Counted from the first letter of the stretch, positions 37,543-47,760 are shown. The stretch: 64,000 bases of DNA from an uncultured Pseudomonadales bacterium (GCA_964430265.1 CAYSEI010000002.1:20769-84768), one strand, 5' to 3'. Translations and numbers: made by a program. Notes: generated by a model from the letters alone, not told the origin.

Positions 37543-38976
37543 TTATTGCTTTTTATAACTTTGCTTGTCAATTGAAAAAGATATAAATGACCCTCCTGCA
37601 AGTAAAATTAATCCAAAGATCAGTGTAAAAAATGTAGGACCAACAATTCCAGTTTCTGGAACACCACTATCTGTTGCAGGCATAGTGGCTCTGCTATCTG
37701 GTGATGGAGAGGGTGAAGGCTGAGGACTAGGTGATGTTTGAGCAGATGGGGTAGCTGTAAACTCGGGTTCATTTTCGGATGTTTCTAATATTTCAAAACT
37801 ACGGCTAATATTTTTTTGTGATCCACTATCGTCAATATATGTAATAGAAACACTATTCCTTCCGGTTGTAAGATTTTGACTTGGCTGAAACTCCCAATTC
37901 TTCTCTTCATTAATAGTTACAGTTTTAACAATTTCAGGGTCTTCAATTTCAACTGTTAAGACTTTTCCGACTGGTCCAGTCCCTCTAAATCTGGGTTTTT
38001 GCGTTGATAATTTTTGATTTGCTTCCGGATAAGTTATTTTTACTGAATTAATTGTCTCCCCTGAGTTATCAACGGGATCTAGAGGAAAGCTTTCAGGGGT
38101 TTGTCCTCCAGTTTCTGGTTGTTCCTGCTCTGATTCACTGGGAACAACGTTCTCTTCGTTTTCGTTTGGCTTAGCTGCTAGTTGATTGTTCTCATCAGAT
38201 TCCGGAGTTTCTGTAAAATTATAAGAAGCTTGTGCAAGGTTTATTACTTGAGGTAAAGGGGAAATATTTCCAGAACTTGCAATTATATCCGTTTTTTGTT
38301 CTCCGCCAAAAACCTCTATACTAATAGTAGTGTTTTTTTCATCTATTATTGCCCAACTGCCTAAATCTTTGCTGCGGCTTTTATTAAGCATAAGTACCCA
38401 TCCACCTTGTTTGTCACTTAAGGTTGCTTGTGGTGCGCTGTTAGGAGTAGTTAAAACAACAATTGCTCCTTCAGCAGGAGATTTGTCTTGATTAATAATA
38501 GTTCCGCTTGCCATTTGTGCTTTTCCCGGACTTCCTAAGGACGGACCGGTAACAATTTCATATGAAGATCCTTCATTATCATATAAGTTTTCTTTGATCC
38601 CTGTTCCTGCTCCAATTTTAAAATAATATTTTTTTTCCGGTTCCAAGTTTTTAATAGTTGCCAGATGGGTTTTAAACTCACTTTTTTCTCCGCTTTGTTC
38701 ATCACGATTATCGTTTGCAACTTGATCCAGTTTTGACGGGCTCTCGCCGTATTTGATAAACCCGACTTCAGGCTTATCTGTTGTCCAGCTAACGGTAAAT
38801 TCATTATCAGTAACTGAACTTATACGAATGTTTTTAGGAGATGAGGTTGTGGTTGGGGTAATATTTTTTAAAAAAGAATTCTTTCCCAAGATAAAAACTG
38901 CAACTGCAATACCAGCAGCTAAAATTGAAAGCCCAATAAGAGTGGGAATTCTTTTTTCAAAAAAACTTTTATTCAT
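37543..38976 (-). CDS. FN3-domain surface protein with a C-terminal sorting signal (VPETG-IVGPT + TM + KKQ tail).
   Basis: The start is taken at MNKSFFEKRI (internal Met, 8-nt overlap with the upstream gene). An FN3-like block ISSVTDNEFTVSWTT...YYFKIGAG. A PSPQPSPSPSP linker. The C-terminus GVPETGIVGPTFFTLIFGLILLAGGSF...KQSYKKQ. Confidence 0.65.
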   Translation of the reverse strand: MNKSFFEKRIPTLIGLSILAAGIAVAVFILGKNSFLKNITPTTTSSPKNIRISSVTDNEFTVSWTTDKPEVGFIKYGESPSKLDQVANDNRDEQSGEKSEFKTHLATIKNLEPEKKYYFKIGAGTGIKENLYDNEGSSYEIVTGPSLGSPGKAQMASGTIINQDKSPAEGAIVVLTTPNSAPQATLSDKQGGWVLMLNKSRSKDLGSWAIIDEKNTTISIEVFGGEQKTDIIASSGNISPLPQVINLAQASYNFTETPESDENNQLAAKPNENEENVVPSESEQEQPETGGQTPESFPLDPVDNSGETINSVKITYPEANQKLSTQKPRFRGTGPVGKVLTVEIEDPEIVKTVTINEEKNWEFQPSQNLTTGRNSVSITYIDDSGSQKNISRSFEILETSENEPEFTATPSAQTSPSPQPSPSPSPDSRATMPATDSGVPETGIVGPTFFTLIFGLILLAGGSFISFSIDKQSYKKQ

Positions 38977-39436
38977 TTTGATCTTCGCTTTCTGTTTCTT
39001 GTTCAGTATTTGATTCGTTAGTCTCTTCAGTCTCATTTTGATTTTCCGTGTCTTCCTCTGCTAGTGTTTCCTCTTCTCCTTCTTGTTGATTGTTTTCTGT
39101 TTCTGCTTCTGCTTTGTTGTTTTGTTCTGCACTTGGAGAAGAACTAAGATCTATAAATTCGCTTGAGGCAGTAGATTCCTCATTACTGAGTTCCAGGTTT
39201 TCTATGGAAACAAGCTGTTTTACTGTATCCAATTTACCTTCGGTGATATGTCTTTTTTGTTTAAGTGTGTCAATTGTTGTTGTACTGAGTTTGGGATCTA
39301 TGGGTTTAATTAATTTTTCCACATCTTCTGGTATTTCAGGATTTGTCAAAGTAATATAAATTTCCAATCCAACCCAGATGAAAATTGTGATAAAGGTTAG
39401 GATAGCAGCAGTAATTATTTTCTTATTTTTTTTCAT
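38969..39436 (-). CDS. Bitopic protein with an N-terminal TM helix and an acidic low-complexity ectodomain. Possibly a PilP-like pilus accessory protein.
   Basis: An N-terminal TM anchor. An E/T/N-rich C-terminus. A 4-nt overlap with the PilO-like gene. Confidence 0.45.
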   Translation of the reverse strand: MKKNKKIITAAILTFITIFIWVGLEIYITLTNPEIPEDVEKLIKPIDPKLSTTTIDTLKQKRHITEGKLDTVKQLVSIENLELSNEESTASSEFIDLSSSPSAEQNNKAEAETENNQQEGEEETLAEEDTENQNETEETNESNTEQETESEDQNE

Positions 39437-40053
39437 TTTTCATACCAATATAAGTAACCGGTTATATTTAATTTTAGTATATTTTGATCAGAAGTGTCTT
39501 TTGAAGAAAAAGAAAAACTTTCTAATTGATAAATTCGTCGTAAATTTTCAATTTCGGAAATAAAATTTACCAGGTTTTGATATTCACCACTAGCTATGAA
39601 AGTATAACTAAGTTTATTGAGTTTAGATTCTGTTTGTTCTATATTAGAAGATTGAATTGCCTGAAATCCTTCTGTTGATCCAGTTTCTAATGCTACACTT
39701 TGTTCTTTTGCTAAAAGTGCGATTTTTTTTAAAGCAGAAATAAAATAGATTTTTTCGGGCAAGGCTTCGTTTAAATAAATAAAGTTTGGTTTTAATAAAT
39801 TATAATTTTTTTCAGCCTCTTCCAATTGACTAATTTTTGTACTAAATTTCTGACTGATTTCTTGCTTTCTTTTTATTTTGTTTTGCAGATCAGCAATTGT
39901 TCTAACAGTCGGTCTAATGGCGACTAAAGTGAAAAAAGAAATTACAAATAGGGTTAAAGCGATTTCCAATGTTGCTTTAGTAATCGGGTTTTCATAAACT
40001 CGACTTATTTTATCTAAATATCCTTGTGTGTATTTTTTGTAATCCCAGTCCAT
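39433..40053 (-). CDS. PilO-like type IV pilus assembly protein.
   Basis: A short cytoplasmic N-terminus, a single TM, a coiled-coil segment and then an alpha/beta domain. It lies immediately downstream of a PilN-like gene. Confidence 0.45.
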   Translation of the reverse strand: MDWDYKKYTQGYLDKISRVYENPITKATLEIALTLFVISFFTLVAIRPTVRTIADLQNKIKRKQEISQKFSTKISQLEEAEKNYNLLKPNFIYLNEALPEKIYFISALKKIALLAKEQSVALETGSTEGFQAIQSSNIEQTESKLNKLSYTFIASGEYQNLVNFISEIENLRRIYQLESFSFSSKDTSDQNILKLNITGYLYWYEK

Positions 40054-40054
40054 T

Positions 40055-40639
40055 CTATTCTTTTAAGTTTTTACTTTCTAAGTTTATATTAATAATAAAG
40101 TTAATTTTAGGGTCTTTTTTACCGCCAGAAGTAATATTTTCTAAACTGATTTCTTTAAATTGTTCTTGCTGTTTAAGTCCTTCAAGAAAAATCTTTAGTC
40201 CTTGTGTAGAAAAAGAATACCCGTTAATAATAATAGTATCAGCTTTTTTTTGCAGGTCTGTAAATACGATATCTTTGGGAGTTACCTTTGCAACTTCTTG
40301 AGGAAGTAAAGAAAGGTGCAAGTAATTAGAGTGTAGATTTTCGATTTCTTCAACTCTTTTCTGAGTATTCAGAAATTCCTTTTCAAAGTCTGCATAGGCA
40401 ATTACTGTTTCTTTTTTTGATTTAATTATTTGGTTAAGTTCTTTGTGTTCCAAATCTAATTTGAAACGGAACAAAAAACAGGCTACAGCTACTAACTCTG
40501 TAAATATAATAATATAGCGACCAATTTGAATTGCCCACTTTATTATTCTTCCACCTAAGGTTTTATCCAAACCTGTTTTTGGTACTAGATTGATTTCTTT
40601 ATTTCGGGCAGTATTCACATCTCTAGTATAAGGAGTCAA
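40055..40639 (-). CDS. PilN-like type IV pilus assembly protein.
   Basis: An N-terminal EINLVP motif (PilM-binding INLLP-like), a TM helix and a periplasmic coiled-coil with a C-terminal domain. Confidence 0.5.
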   Translation of the reverse strand: MTPYTRDVNTARNKEINLVPKTGLDKTLGGRIIKWAIQIGRYIIIFTELVAVACFLFRFKLDLEHKELNQIIKSKKETVIAYADFEKEFLNTQKRVEEIENLHSNYLHLSLLPQEVAKVTPKDIVFTDLQKKADTIIINGYSFSTQGLKIFLEGLKQQEQFKEISLENITSGGKKDPKINFIININLESKNLKE

Positions 40640-40670
40640 AATTGGTTTGTAAAGAAGAAGTGATAGAAGA

Positions 40671-40907
40671 TTACTTCTTTAATTTTTTAGCGAGTTTAGC
40701 TTTTAATCTTCCAGCCTTATTTTTGTGGATTACTTTCTTTTTAGCTGCTTTATCGATTTCCGAGTATGCAGCTTGTAGGGTTTTTTTTGTTGGTTTCTCT
40801 TCAAAGTTTTTTATTGCTTGACGGTGGGTTTTCTTGACTTTGATATTTTGTTTTTCCCGTCTTTTGTCTCTTCTTAGTGCTTTTTTTGCTGAACTAGTAA
40901 TTGGCAT
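40671..40907 (-). CDS. rpsT: 30S ribosomal protein S20.
   Basis: SAKKALRRDKRREKQN...HRQAIKN is typical of S20. The protein is 78 aa and basic. Confidence 0.85.
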   Translation of the reverse strand: MPITSSAKKALRRDKRREKQNIKVKKTHRQAIKNFEEKPTKKTLQAAYSEIDKAAKKKVIHKNKAGRLKAKLAKKLKK

Positions 40908-40993
40908 TTTGTATCTTGAATTTGGTATTATACATCCTGTATATTAACATTTCTATCTTTAAAATACAACCAGGATAATTTATCATATACAAT

Positions 40994-42697
40994 ATGGTAC
41001 TTAAATTTTTTAAAAAGACGTTTTTACCATTTTGGAAGAACGGAAAAGCACTATTAATAAGAAGACAAAATAATATCCTTTCTGCGGCAATGGTTTTAAT
41101 GGTAATGATCTTTTCCTCCGGAATTTTGGGATTATTAAGGGATCGCTTGCTTGCTGGATATTTCTTTGCGCAAGGTGAACAATGGAAGCTTGATATATAT
41201 TTTGCTGCATTTCGTCTACCGGATATGCTTTTTCAGATTCTAGTACTTTCTGCATTATCTGCTGCTTTTATTCCTGTTTTTAGCGAATATTTGACAAAAG
41301 ACAAAAAAGAAGCAAACTATTTTGCTTCTTTGGTCTTAAACATTGGAACAATTTTGTTTTTGTTTGTTGCTGCACTAGTGTTTATATTTTCTAACTTTTT
41401 AAACGGACTGATTACTCACGGATTTGAACCAGAGCAAATGCAGGTTCTTAACCAATTAACCAGAATGCTTTTAGGAGCACAGTTTTTCTTTTTGCTTTCC
41501 AATTTCCTGAGTGGAATACTCCAATCAAACCAGAGATTTTTAATGCCGGCCTTTTCTTCTGTTTTGTATAATCTGGGAATCATATTGGGAATAGTTTTTT
41601 TAACTCCTCCAATGGGAATTTATGGACCTGTTTTAGGCGTTATTTTTGGTTCATTTCTTCATTTTATTATTCAGCTTCCGATTGCAAAAAGATTAGGATT
41701 TAATTATCAGTTTGTATTTAATTGGAATCACCCGGGTGTAAAAAAAGTAGGTCGTTTAATGCTTCCCAGGGTTATTTCTTTTACTGTTAACCAGCTGCGG
41801 TTAAATGTGATTGTTTATTTGGCAACTACTTTAAGTTCTGGTTCATTGGCAATGTATAATTTCGCGCAACATTTAAATTCATTACCTGTTAGTTTGTTTG
41901 GTTTAACAATTGGTCAAGCTGCACTTCCTACACTTTCTCGGGAGATAAAAAATAATCTAAAGAATTTTTCTGATTTATTTCTTTCTTCTCTTTTACAGAT
42001 AATATATTTTGCTTTTCCTGTGGGAATAATCCTGTTAGTTTTAAGAGTTCCAATGGTCAGATTAGCTTTTGGAGCTAAAAATTTTCCTTGGGAGGCGACC
42101 CTAACAACTGCCAAAGTTGTGGGTGTTCTGTCAATCTTTTTAGTTGCTAAAAGTACAACTCAGCTTCTAATTAGAACTTTTTATGCAATTCAGGATACAG
42201 TTATTCCTCTACTTTTAAGAGTAATTAATGTTTTGATCAATATTGTACTGGCTCTTGTATTTATCTATTCAATGGATATGGGTATTGTAGGCTTGGCGCT
42301 TGCTGAGGGAATTGCAGAAGTGGTGTTTGCTCTTACACTATTTTTACTTTTACATGTTAAAGTTGGCGGATTAATAAAAAGGGATTTTTTGCTTTCTTTG
42401 GGAAAGATAGTTTTAGGAGTATTTTTAACAGCCTTGTTTTTATGGATTCCAATGCGGATTTTAGACCGTTTTGTTTTTGATACTACTCTTACCTTAAATC
42501 TAATTCTTTTAACAATAATAACCTTATTAATTGGTGGAGGAGTATATGTTTTCTTTTCCTTCATACTGGATATTTCACAATTTAAAAGTTTGCTTGCGGT
42601 ATTAAAAAGATTTGGCAAGTGGAAAGAAATATTGGCAGAATCAGGAGAAGTTTTTGAAACCAGTCAGCCAGCCTCATTGCCACCGGAAAAAGATTAA
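40994..42697 (+). CDS. murJ: Lipid II flippase MurJ (MviN).
   Basis: 14 TM segments and N-terminal motifs (LLGLLRDRLLAGYF, DIYFAAFRLPDMLF). Confidence 0.85.
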   Translation: MVLKFFKKTFLPFWKNGKALLIRRQNNILSAAMVLMVMIFSSGILGLLRDRLLAGYFFAQGEQWKLDIYFAAFRLPDMLFQILVLSALSAAFIPVFSEYLTKDKKEANYFASLVLNIGTILFLFVAALVFIFSNFLNGLITHGFEPEQMQVLNQLTRMLLGAQFFFLLSNFLSGILQSNQRFLMPAFSSVLYNLGIILGIVFLTPPMGIYGPVLGVIFGSFLHFIIQLPIAKRLGFNYQFVFNWNHPGVKKVGRLMLPRVISFTVNQLRLNVIVYLATTLSSGSLAMYNFAQHLNSLPVSLFGLTIGQAALPTLSREIKNNLKNFSDLFLSSLLQIIYFAFPVGIILLVLRVPMVRLAFGAKNFPWEATLTTAKVVGVLSIFLVAKSTTQLLIRTFYAIQDTVIPLLLRVINVLINIVLALVFIYSMDMGIVGLALAEGIAEVVFALTLFLLLHVKVGGLIKRDFLLSLGKIVLGVFLTALFLWIPMRILDRFVFDTTLTLNLILLTIITLLIGGGVYVFFSFILDISQFKSLLAVLKRFGKWKEILAESGEVFETSQPASLPPEKD

Positions 42698-42698
42698 T

Positions 42699-44522
42699 AT
42701 GAAAAAAGACAGGATTCGCAATTTTTGTATTGTGAGCCATATTGACCATGGGAAAACTACTTTAACAGACCGTTTTTTAGAAGAGACAAAAACAATCGGT
42801 AAAAGAGACATGAAACAAAGAATTTTAGATTCACATCCGATTGCACAAGAAAAAGGTGTTACCATTAAACTTGCTCCTGTTAGAATGATTCATCCACTTC
42901 CAAGTGTGCATGAAGAATTATTTGGTTTTTCTGAAGCAATTTACAATCTTATAGACACCCCGGGACACGTGGATTTCTCTTATGAGGTTTCTCGTTCGCT
43001 TGCAGCTTGCGAGGGGGCAATTCTTTTAGTTGATGCTTCGCAAGGAATTGAAGCGCAAACCATGGCTACTGCAAGAGAAGCAATCAAACATAATTTGTTA
43101 ATGATTCCGGTAATAAACAAGATTGATTTGGATGAAGCACAAATTAAGGATACGGAAAGACAAATAGAGGATGCATTTGGCTTTAATAAGGAAGAAATAA
43201 TAAAAGTTTCGGCTAAATCAGGTGAGAATGTTACTAAATTGCTCAATGAAATAGTAATAAGAATTCCTCCGCCAAAAGGAGAGTTGAAAAAACCTTTTAA
43301 AAGTTTAGTGTTTAGTTCTGTTTATAGTCTTCATCAGGGAGTTATAGCTTATATTCGAGTTTTTCAGGGTCAAATAAAAAAAGGAGATAAGATAAGATTG
43401 CTTGCTTCGGAAGCAGAAAAAGAAATTGTTGACCTTGGCTATTTTGTTCCCCAGATGAAATCAACTGAAGTATTAGAAGCAGGAGAAGTTGGATGGATAG
43501 CTACTGGGCTAAAGGATGTCTCTCTCTGTCGTGTAGGTGATACGATTGTTAAAGCAGAGGATTACCAACAAGAAAAAATCCAGCCGCTCCCCGGATATAA
43601 AGAACCACAGCCAATGGTGTTTATTGATTTTTATCCTACGGATGATGAACGTTATGAAAGATTATTAAAAGCAGTGCGTAAACTTAAGTTAAATGACGCG
43701 GCTTTATATTACAAAGGAATTCATTCACCTCTTTTTGGACAAGGATTACAAATGGGGTTTTTGGGTGTTTTTCATGCAGAAGTTGTCCAGGAACGCTTGG
43801 AAAGGGATTTTGATATATCAGTTATTGCTACTACACCATCGGTTGGTTATAAGATTGTAACCCAGGATGATGAGGAAAAACTTATTTATTCTGCACAAAA
43901 ATGTCCACCTATGTATCAGATTAAAAAAGTGCTTGAACCTTATGCAAAAGTATCAATTTTTACACCGGTTGAATATATTGGCGGAATTTTACAGATCTGT
44001 CAAAGACACAGGGCTGAGATGATTGAACAGAAATCATTTGGTAAAAGAACACAAATTACTTATGAAATGCCCTTAATGGAAATGGTTTCCGGTTTTTATG
44101 ACCAGTTAAAGTCGGTCTCTTCTGGTTACGCAAGTATGGATTGGGAGCCTATTGATTTTAAAGAATTAAATGCAGCGCTTCTGGAAATATTAGTCAATCA
44201 GAATAAAATACCACCTTTAACTTTTATTGTTCCCAAAGAAAAAGCACAGGACAAAGCAAAAAAAATGGTTAAAAAACTAAAAAAAGAAATACCCCGCCAA
44301 CTATTTGAGGTAAATATACAAGGTTCAGTTGACGGTAGGATCATCTCTAAAGAACGTATTCCGCCTTTCAGAAAAAACGTAACTGCAAAACTGTATGGTG
44401 GTGATCAGACAAGAAAAGACAAACTCTTAAAAAAGCAGAAAAAAGGCAAAAAAAGAATGAAAGCTGTAGGGGAAGTGAATATTCCTCAGGAAGCTTTTAT
44501 GGAAGTCTTTAAAGAAGAATAA
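42699..44522 (+). CDS. lepA: Elongation factor 4 (LepA).
   Basis: IRNFCIVSHIDHGKTTL G1 motif, DTPGHVDF and NKID. The LepA-specific C-terminal domain ends the protein. The start is placed at the internal ATG (MKKDRIRNF) rather than the 42612 track start. Confidence 0.9.
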   Translation: MKKDRIRNFCIVSHIDHGKTTLTDRFLEETKTIGKRDMKQRILDSHPIAQEKGVTIKLAPVRMIHPLPSVHEELFGFSEAIYNLIDTPGHVDFSYEVSRSLAACEGAILLVDASQGIEAQTMATAREAIKHNLLMIPVINKIDLDEAQIKDTERQIEDAFGFNKEEIIKVSAKSGENVTKLLNEIVIRIPPPKGELKKPFKSLVFSSVYSLHQGVIAYIRVFQGQIKKGDKIRLLASEAEKEIVDLGYFVPQMKSTEVLEAGEVGWIATGLKDVSLCRVGDTIVKAEDYQQEKIQPLPGYKEPQPMVFIDFYPTDDERYERLLKAVRKLKLNDAALYYKGIHSPLFGQGLQMGFLGVFHAEVVQERLERDFDISVIATTPSVGYKIVTQDDEEKLIYSAQKCPPMYQIKKVLEPYAKVSIFTPVEYIGGILQICQRHRAEMIEQKSFGKRTQITYEMPLMEMVSGFYDQLKSVSSGYASMDWEPIDFKELNAALLEILVNQNKIPPLTFIVPKEKAQDKAKKMVKKLKKEIPRQLFEVNIQGSVDGRIISKERIPPFRKNVTAKLYGGDQTRKDKLLKKQKKGKKRMKAVGEVNIPQEAFMEVFKEE

Positions 44523-44527
44523 TAACC

Positions 44528-44565
44528 TTGACAAATAATTAGCACTCGTGTTATCCTTTTGCTAA
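44528..44565 (+). promoter_or_regulatory. CIRCE-like HrcA operator (TTAGCACTC-N9-TTTTGCTAA, arms TTAGCA/TGCTAA) overlapping a TTGACA -35 box upstream of hrcA.
   Basis: A perfect left CIRCE half. The right half matches 6 of 9 positions with a perfect 6-bp inverted arm. TTGACA lies 5 nt upstream. Confidence 0.5.
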
Positions 44566-44589
44566 GTATGTTTAAAATTTTCAATAAAA

Positions 44590-45321
44590 ATGATTGATCT
44601 TAATGACAGGCAAGTTCAAATACTTAAAGCGATTGTTCAGGAATATATTGAAACCGCAGAGCCGGTTGGTTCTGAAACTTTAGAAAAAAAGTATGGAGTG
44701 GGTGTATCACCGGCAACAATTAGAAATGAAATGGCAGTACTGGCAAGAGAAGGATTGCTGAATAAACCACATCCTTCAGCAGGAAGAATTCCTACACCTA
44801 TGGCTCTCAAGTTCTACATCAATCAGTTAATGGAGGAAAGAGAACTTTCTGTTTCCGAAGAAGTTGCAGTAAAGGAAAGAATCTGGGATTACCGCCACAA
44901 AATGCGTCGTTTGCTCAGAGAAGCAGCAAGGGTTTTAGCAGAACAATCTAAAACCTTAGCTTTAGTAACCACAAATAAAGGGAATATATACCACTCGGGT
45001 TATGCAAATATCTTAAATGCGCCGGAATTTTATGATATTGATGTTACCCGGGAAGTTCTAAGACTTATAGATGATGTTAATAGAATCAATAAATTGTTTT
45101 CCAAAACGTTTACTGAAAGATCGGTTCACATTTTGTTGGGGGAAGAATTGGAAGATCAGTATTTACGTTCTTGCGGAGTAGTTTTTACTGAATTCAAAGC
45201 AGGAAAAGACACAACAGGATACGTAGGTATAATTGGACCTTGCAGACTTAATTATTCACAAACAATTCCGACTGTCAGGTATTTGGGCAATTTGATTGAG
45301 GAAGTAATTGGAGGATGGTAA
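44590..45321 (+). CDS. hrcA: Heat-inducible transcription repressor HrcA (compact form).
   Basis: RQVQILKAIVQEYIETAEPVGSETL...VSPATIRNEM...GLL.KPHPSAGRIPT is the HrcA N-terminal wHTH signature. Confidence 0.8.
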   Translation: MIDLNDRQVQILKAIVQEYIETAEPVGSETLEKKYGVGVSPATIRNEMAVLAREGLLNKPHPSAGRIPTPMALKFYINQLMEERELSVSEEVAVKERIWDYRHKMRRLLREAARVLAEQSKTLALVTTNKGNIYHSGYANILNAPEFYDIDVTREVLRLIDDVNRINKLFSKTFTERSVHILLGEELEDQYLRSCGVVFTEFKAGKDTTGYVGIIGPCRLNYSQTIPTVRYLGNLIEEVIGGW

Positions 45322-45324
45322 GAG

Positions 45325-45777
45325 ATGGTTATTAAAAAGGGAAATGAAAATTCAAAAGAAAATATTAGAAACCTAAAAGCTAAAGTTGAAGAGCTGACAG
45401 ATAAATGGAAAAGGGCTTTGGCAGACTACCAAAACCTGGAAAAAAGAGTTGAAAGAGAAAAAAAAGAATTCGTAAAATTCTCAAATGCATCATTGCTTGA
45501 TAAACTTCTGGGTGTATTGGATGATCTGGAAAGAGCAGACAAACATTTGGATGATGAAGGTTTAAGCTTAGCAGTTAAGCAGTTTCATTCAATATTGGAA
45601 ACTGAAGGAGTTGAAGAAATTAAAGCAGAAGGAAAAGAGTTCGATCCAGAAATAATGGATTGCTCAGAACTTGTGCCCGGAGGTAAAAACAAAGTAGTTG
45701 AAGTTGTTCAAAAAGGATATTTATTAAATAACAAAGTTTTAAGACCAGCAAAAGTTAAAGTTGGCAAAGGAGGCTAA
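45325..45777 (+). CDS. grpE: Nucleotide exchange factor GrpE.
   Basis: [17 protein letters not shown] and the C-terminal [13 protein letters not shown]. An SD GGAGGA lies upstream. Confidence 0.85.
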   Translation: MVIKKGNENSKENIRNLKAKVEELTDKWKRALADYQNLEKRVEREKKEFVKFSNASLLDKLLGVLDDLERADKHLDDEGLSLAVKQFHSILETEGVEEIKAEGKEFDPEIMDCSELVPGGKNKVVEVVQKGYLLNNKVLRPAKVKVGKGG

Positions 45778-45778
45778 A

Positions 45779-47671
45779 ATGGGAAAAATTATTGGAATTG
45801 ATTTAGGAACCACAAACTCGTGTGTGGCAGTTATGGAAGGGGGAAAACCCAAGGTTGTTCCTACTTCTGAAGGTGGAAGGTTAATCCCTTCAGTTGTAGA
45901 ACCGGAAAAGAATTTGGTTGGTGAAGTAGCTAAAAGGCAGATGGTTCTCAATCCGGAAAGCACAATATACAGTATTAAAAGATTAATGGGAAGAAGAATT
46001 GAAGATAAACAGGTAGAAAAAACAAAAAAAATGGTTTCGTATGAAATCAAAGCAGGTAAAAATGATATAGCAGTTGTGGAAGTTGAAGGTGAAGAGTATA
46101 CACCGCAGGAAATATCAGCAAAGATACTGCAAAAAGCAAAAGCAGATGCAAAAGACTATCTTGACGAAGAGATTGAAGAAGCAGTAATTACGGTTCCTGC
46201 ATATTTTGATGATGCACAACGACAGGCAACAAAGCAAGCAGGTAAAATAGCTGGATTAAAAGTAAAAAGAATATTAAATGAGCCAACTGCAGCAGCACTT
46301 GCTTATGGACTGGAAAAAAAAGAAGCAGAAAAGATTGCTGTGTATGATTTAGGCGGCGGAACATTTGATATTTCAGTTTTGGAACTAGGAGACGGAGTTT
46401 ATGAGGTAAAAGCTACAAATGGAGATACTTTTTTAGGCGGTGACGATTTTGACCAGAGGATTATCGATTGGATAGCAAAAGAGTTTAAAAAAGAACACGG
46501 TGTTGATCTGCGTAAAGATAAAGAAGCTTTACAAAGGCTTAAAGATGCTGCTGAAAAAGCCAAAATTGAATTGTCTTCTAAGCAGGAAACAGAAATTAAT
46601 CTGCCATATATAACGCAGGGAGAAAATAAGCAGCCGGTTCATTTAACGCAAAAATTAAGCCGTGCCAAACTGGAAAAACTTGTTGATGATTTGATTGATA
46701 AAACAATGGATCCGGTTAAATCTTGTTTAAAAGACGCGGATTTAGATCCTAAGGATATTGATGAGGTTATTTTAGTCGGGGGTCAAACAAGAATGCCTAA
46801 AATTCAGGAAAAAGTTAAAGAATATTTTGGCAAAGAACCAAATAAAACAGTTAATCCGGATGAAGTAGTCGCTATAGGTGCAGCTGTACAAGCAGGTGTT
46901 TTGTCAGGAGAAGTAAAAGATGTTCTTCTTTTGGATGTTACACCTTTAACACTAGGTGTTGAGACACTTGGTGGAGTAATGACTCCTTTGATTGAGAGAA
47001 ACACAACAGTGCCTACCAGCAAGTCAAAAGTATTTTCTACTGCTGAAGCAAACCAGACTCAAGTGGAAATTCATGTTTTGCAGGGTGAAAGACCAATGGC
47101 AAAAGACAATAAGTCCCTTGGCAGGTTTGTTCTTGACGGCATTCCACCAGCACCCAGAGGCATACCCAAGATTGAAGTAACTTTTGATATTGATGCTAAT
47201 GGTATTTTGACTGTAACTGCTGAAGATAAAGCAACTGGGAAGAAACAGGATATTATTATCAAAGACTCAACTGACCTGTCAGAAGATGAGGTTGAAAAGA
47301 TGAAAAAAGAGGCAGAAAAACATGCAGAAGAAGACAAGAGGAAAGAGGAATTGGTTAAAGTAAGAAACCAAGCAGACAGTTTAACTTTTCAAGCAGAAAA
47401 AACCTTGGATGAAGCAGGAGATAAAATAAGCAAAGACAAAAAAGAAGAAATGCAAAAAGAGATAGACAAAGTTAAAAAACTTTTAAAAGAAGAAGATATA
47501 AGCAAAGATAAGATTGAATCAGCAACAGAATCCTTATCGGAAAAACTGCAAAAAGTGGGAGCAGAAATGTATCAAGCACAGCAGGCAGAAGAATCAGAAA
47601 GTAAAGGAAAAAAAGAAGAGAAAGGTAAAAAGGAAGGAGATGTTGAAGAAGGGGAAGTAGTTGAAGAATAA
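45779..47671 (+). CDS. dnaK: Chaperone DnaK (Hsp70).
   Basis: [17 protein letters not shown] and [11 protein letters not shown] motifs. The start is chosen at MGKIIGID, with a perfect SD AAGGAGG 5 nt upstream. Confidence 0.95.
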   Translation: MGKIIGIDLGTTNSCVAVMEGGKPKVVPTSEGGRLIPSVVEPEKNLVGEVAKRQMVLNPESTIYSIKRLMGRRIEDKQVEKTKKMVSYEIKAGKNDIAVVEVEGEEYTPQEISAKILQKAKADAKDYLDEEIEEAVITVPAYFDDAQRQATKQAGKIAGLKVKRILNEPTAAALAYGLEKKEAEKIAVYDLGGGTFDISVLELGDGVYEVKATNGDTFLGGDDFDQRIIDWIAKEFKKEHGVDLRKDKEALQRLKDAAEKAKIELSSKQETEINLPYITQGENKQPVHLTQKLSRAKLEKLVDDLIDKTMDPVKSCLKDADLDPKDIDEVILVGGQTRMPKIQEKVKEYFGKEPNKTVNPDEVVAIGAAVQAGVLSGEVKDVLLLDVTPLTLGVETLGGVMTPLIERNTTVPTSKSKVFSTAEANQTQVEIHVLQGERPMAKDNKSLGRFVLDGIPPAPRGIPKIEVTFDIDANGILTVTAEDKATGKKQDIIIKDSTDLSEDEVEKMKKEAEKHAEEDKRKEELVKVRNQADSLTFQAEKTLDEAGDKISKDKKEEMQKEIDKVKKLLKEEDISKDKIESATESLSEKLQKVGAEMYQAQQAEESESKGKKEEKGKKEGDVEEGEVVEE

Positions 47672-47731
47672 TAGAGATTAAGAAACAGCGGACTTGTTAG
47701 ATTGTTAGACATTAATTTAGTAAACTAGTAG

Positions 47732-47760
47732 GGGACGCAGATTTGCGTCCCTTACAATTT
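47732..47760 (+). terminator. Rho-independent terminator after dnaK (GGGACGCA-gatt-TGCGTCCC followed by a T-rich tract).
   Basis: A perfect 8-bp GC-rich stem, a 4-nt loop and a downstream TTACAATTTTAATTTTT tract. Confidence 0.6.

Noticed and set aside
42612-42698. N-terminal 29-aa extension of the LepA ORF in the track.
   Set aside because: LepA homologs begin at the MKKxxIRNF position. The extension overlaps the murJ 3' end and has no RBS.
45761-45778. Longer dnaK start given by the track.
   Set aside because: The canonical [14 protein letters not shown] start at 45779 has a perfect AAGGAGG SD. The longer form would overlap grpE by 17 nt.
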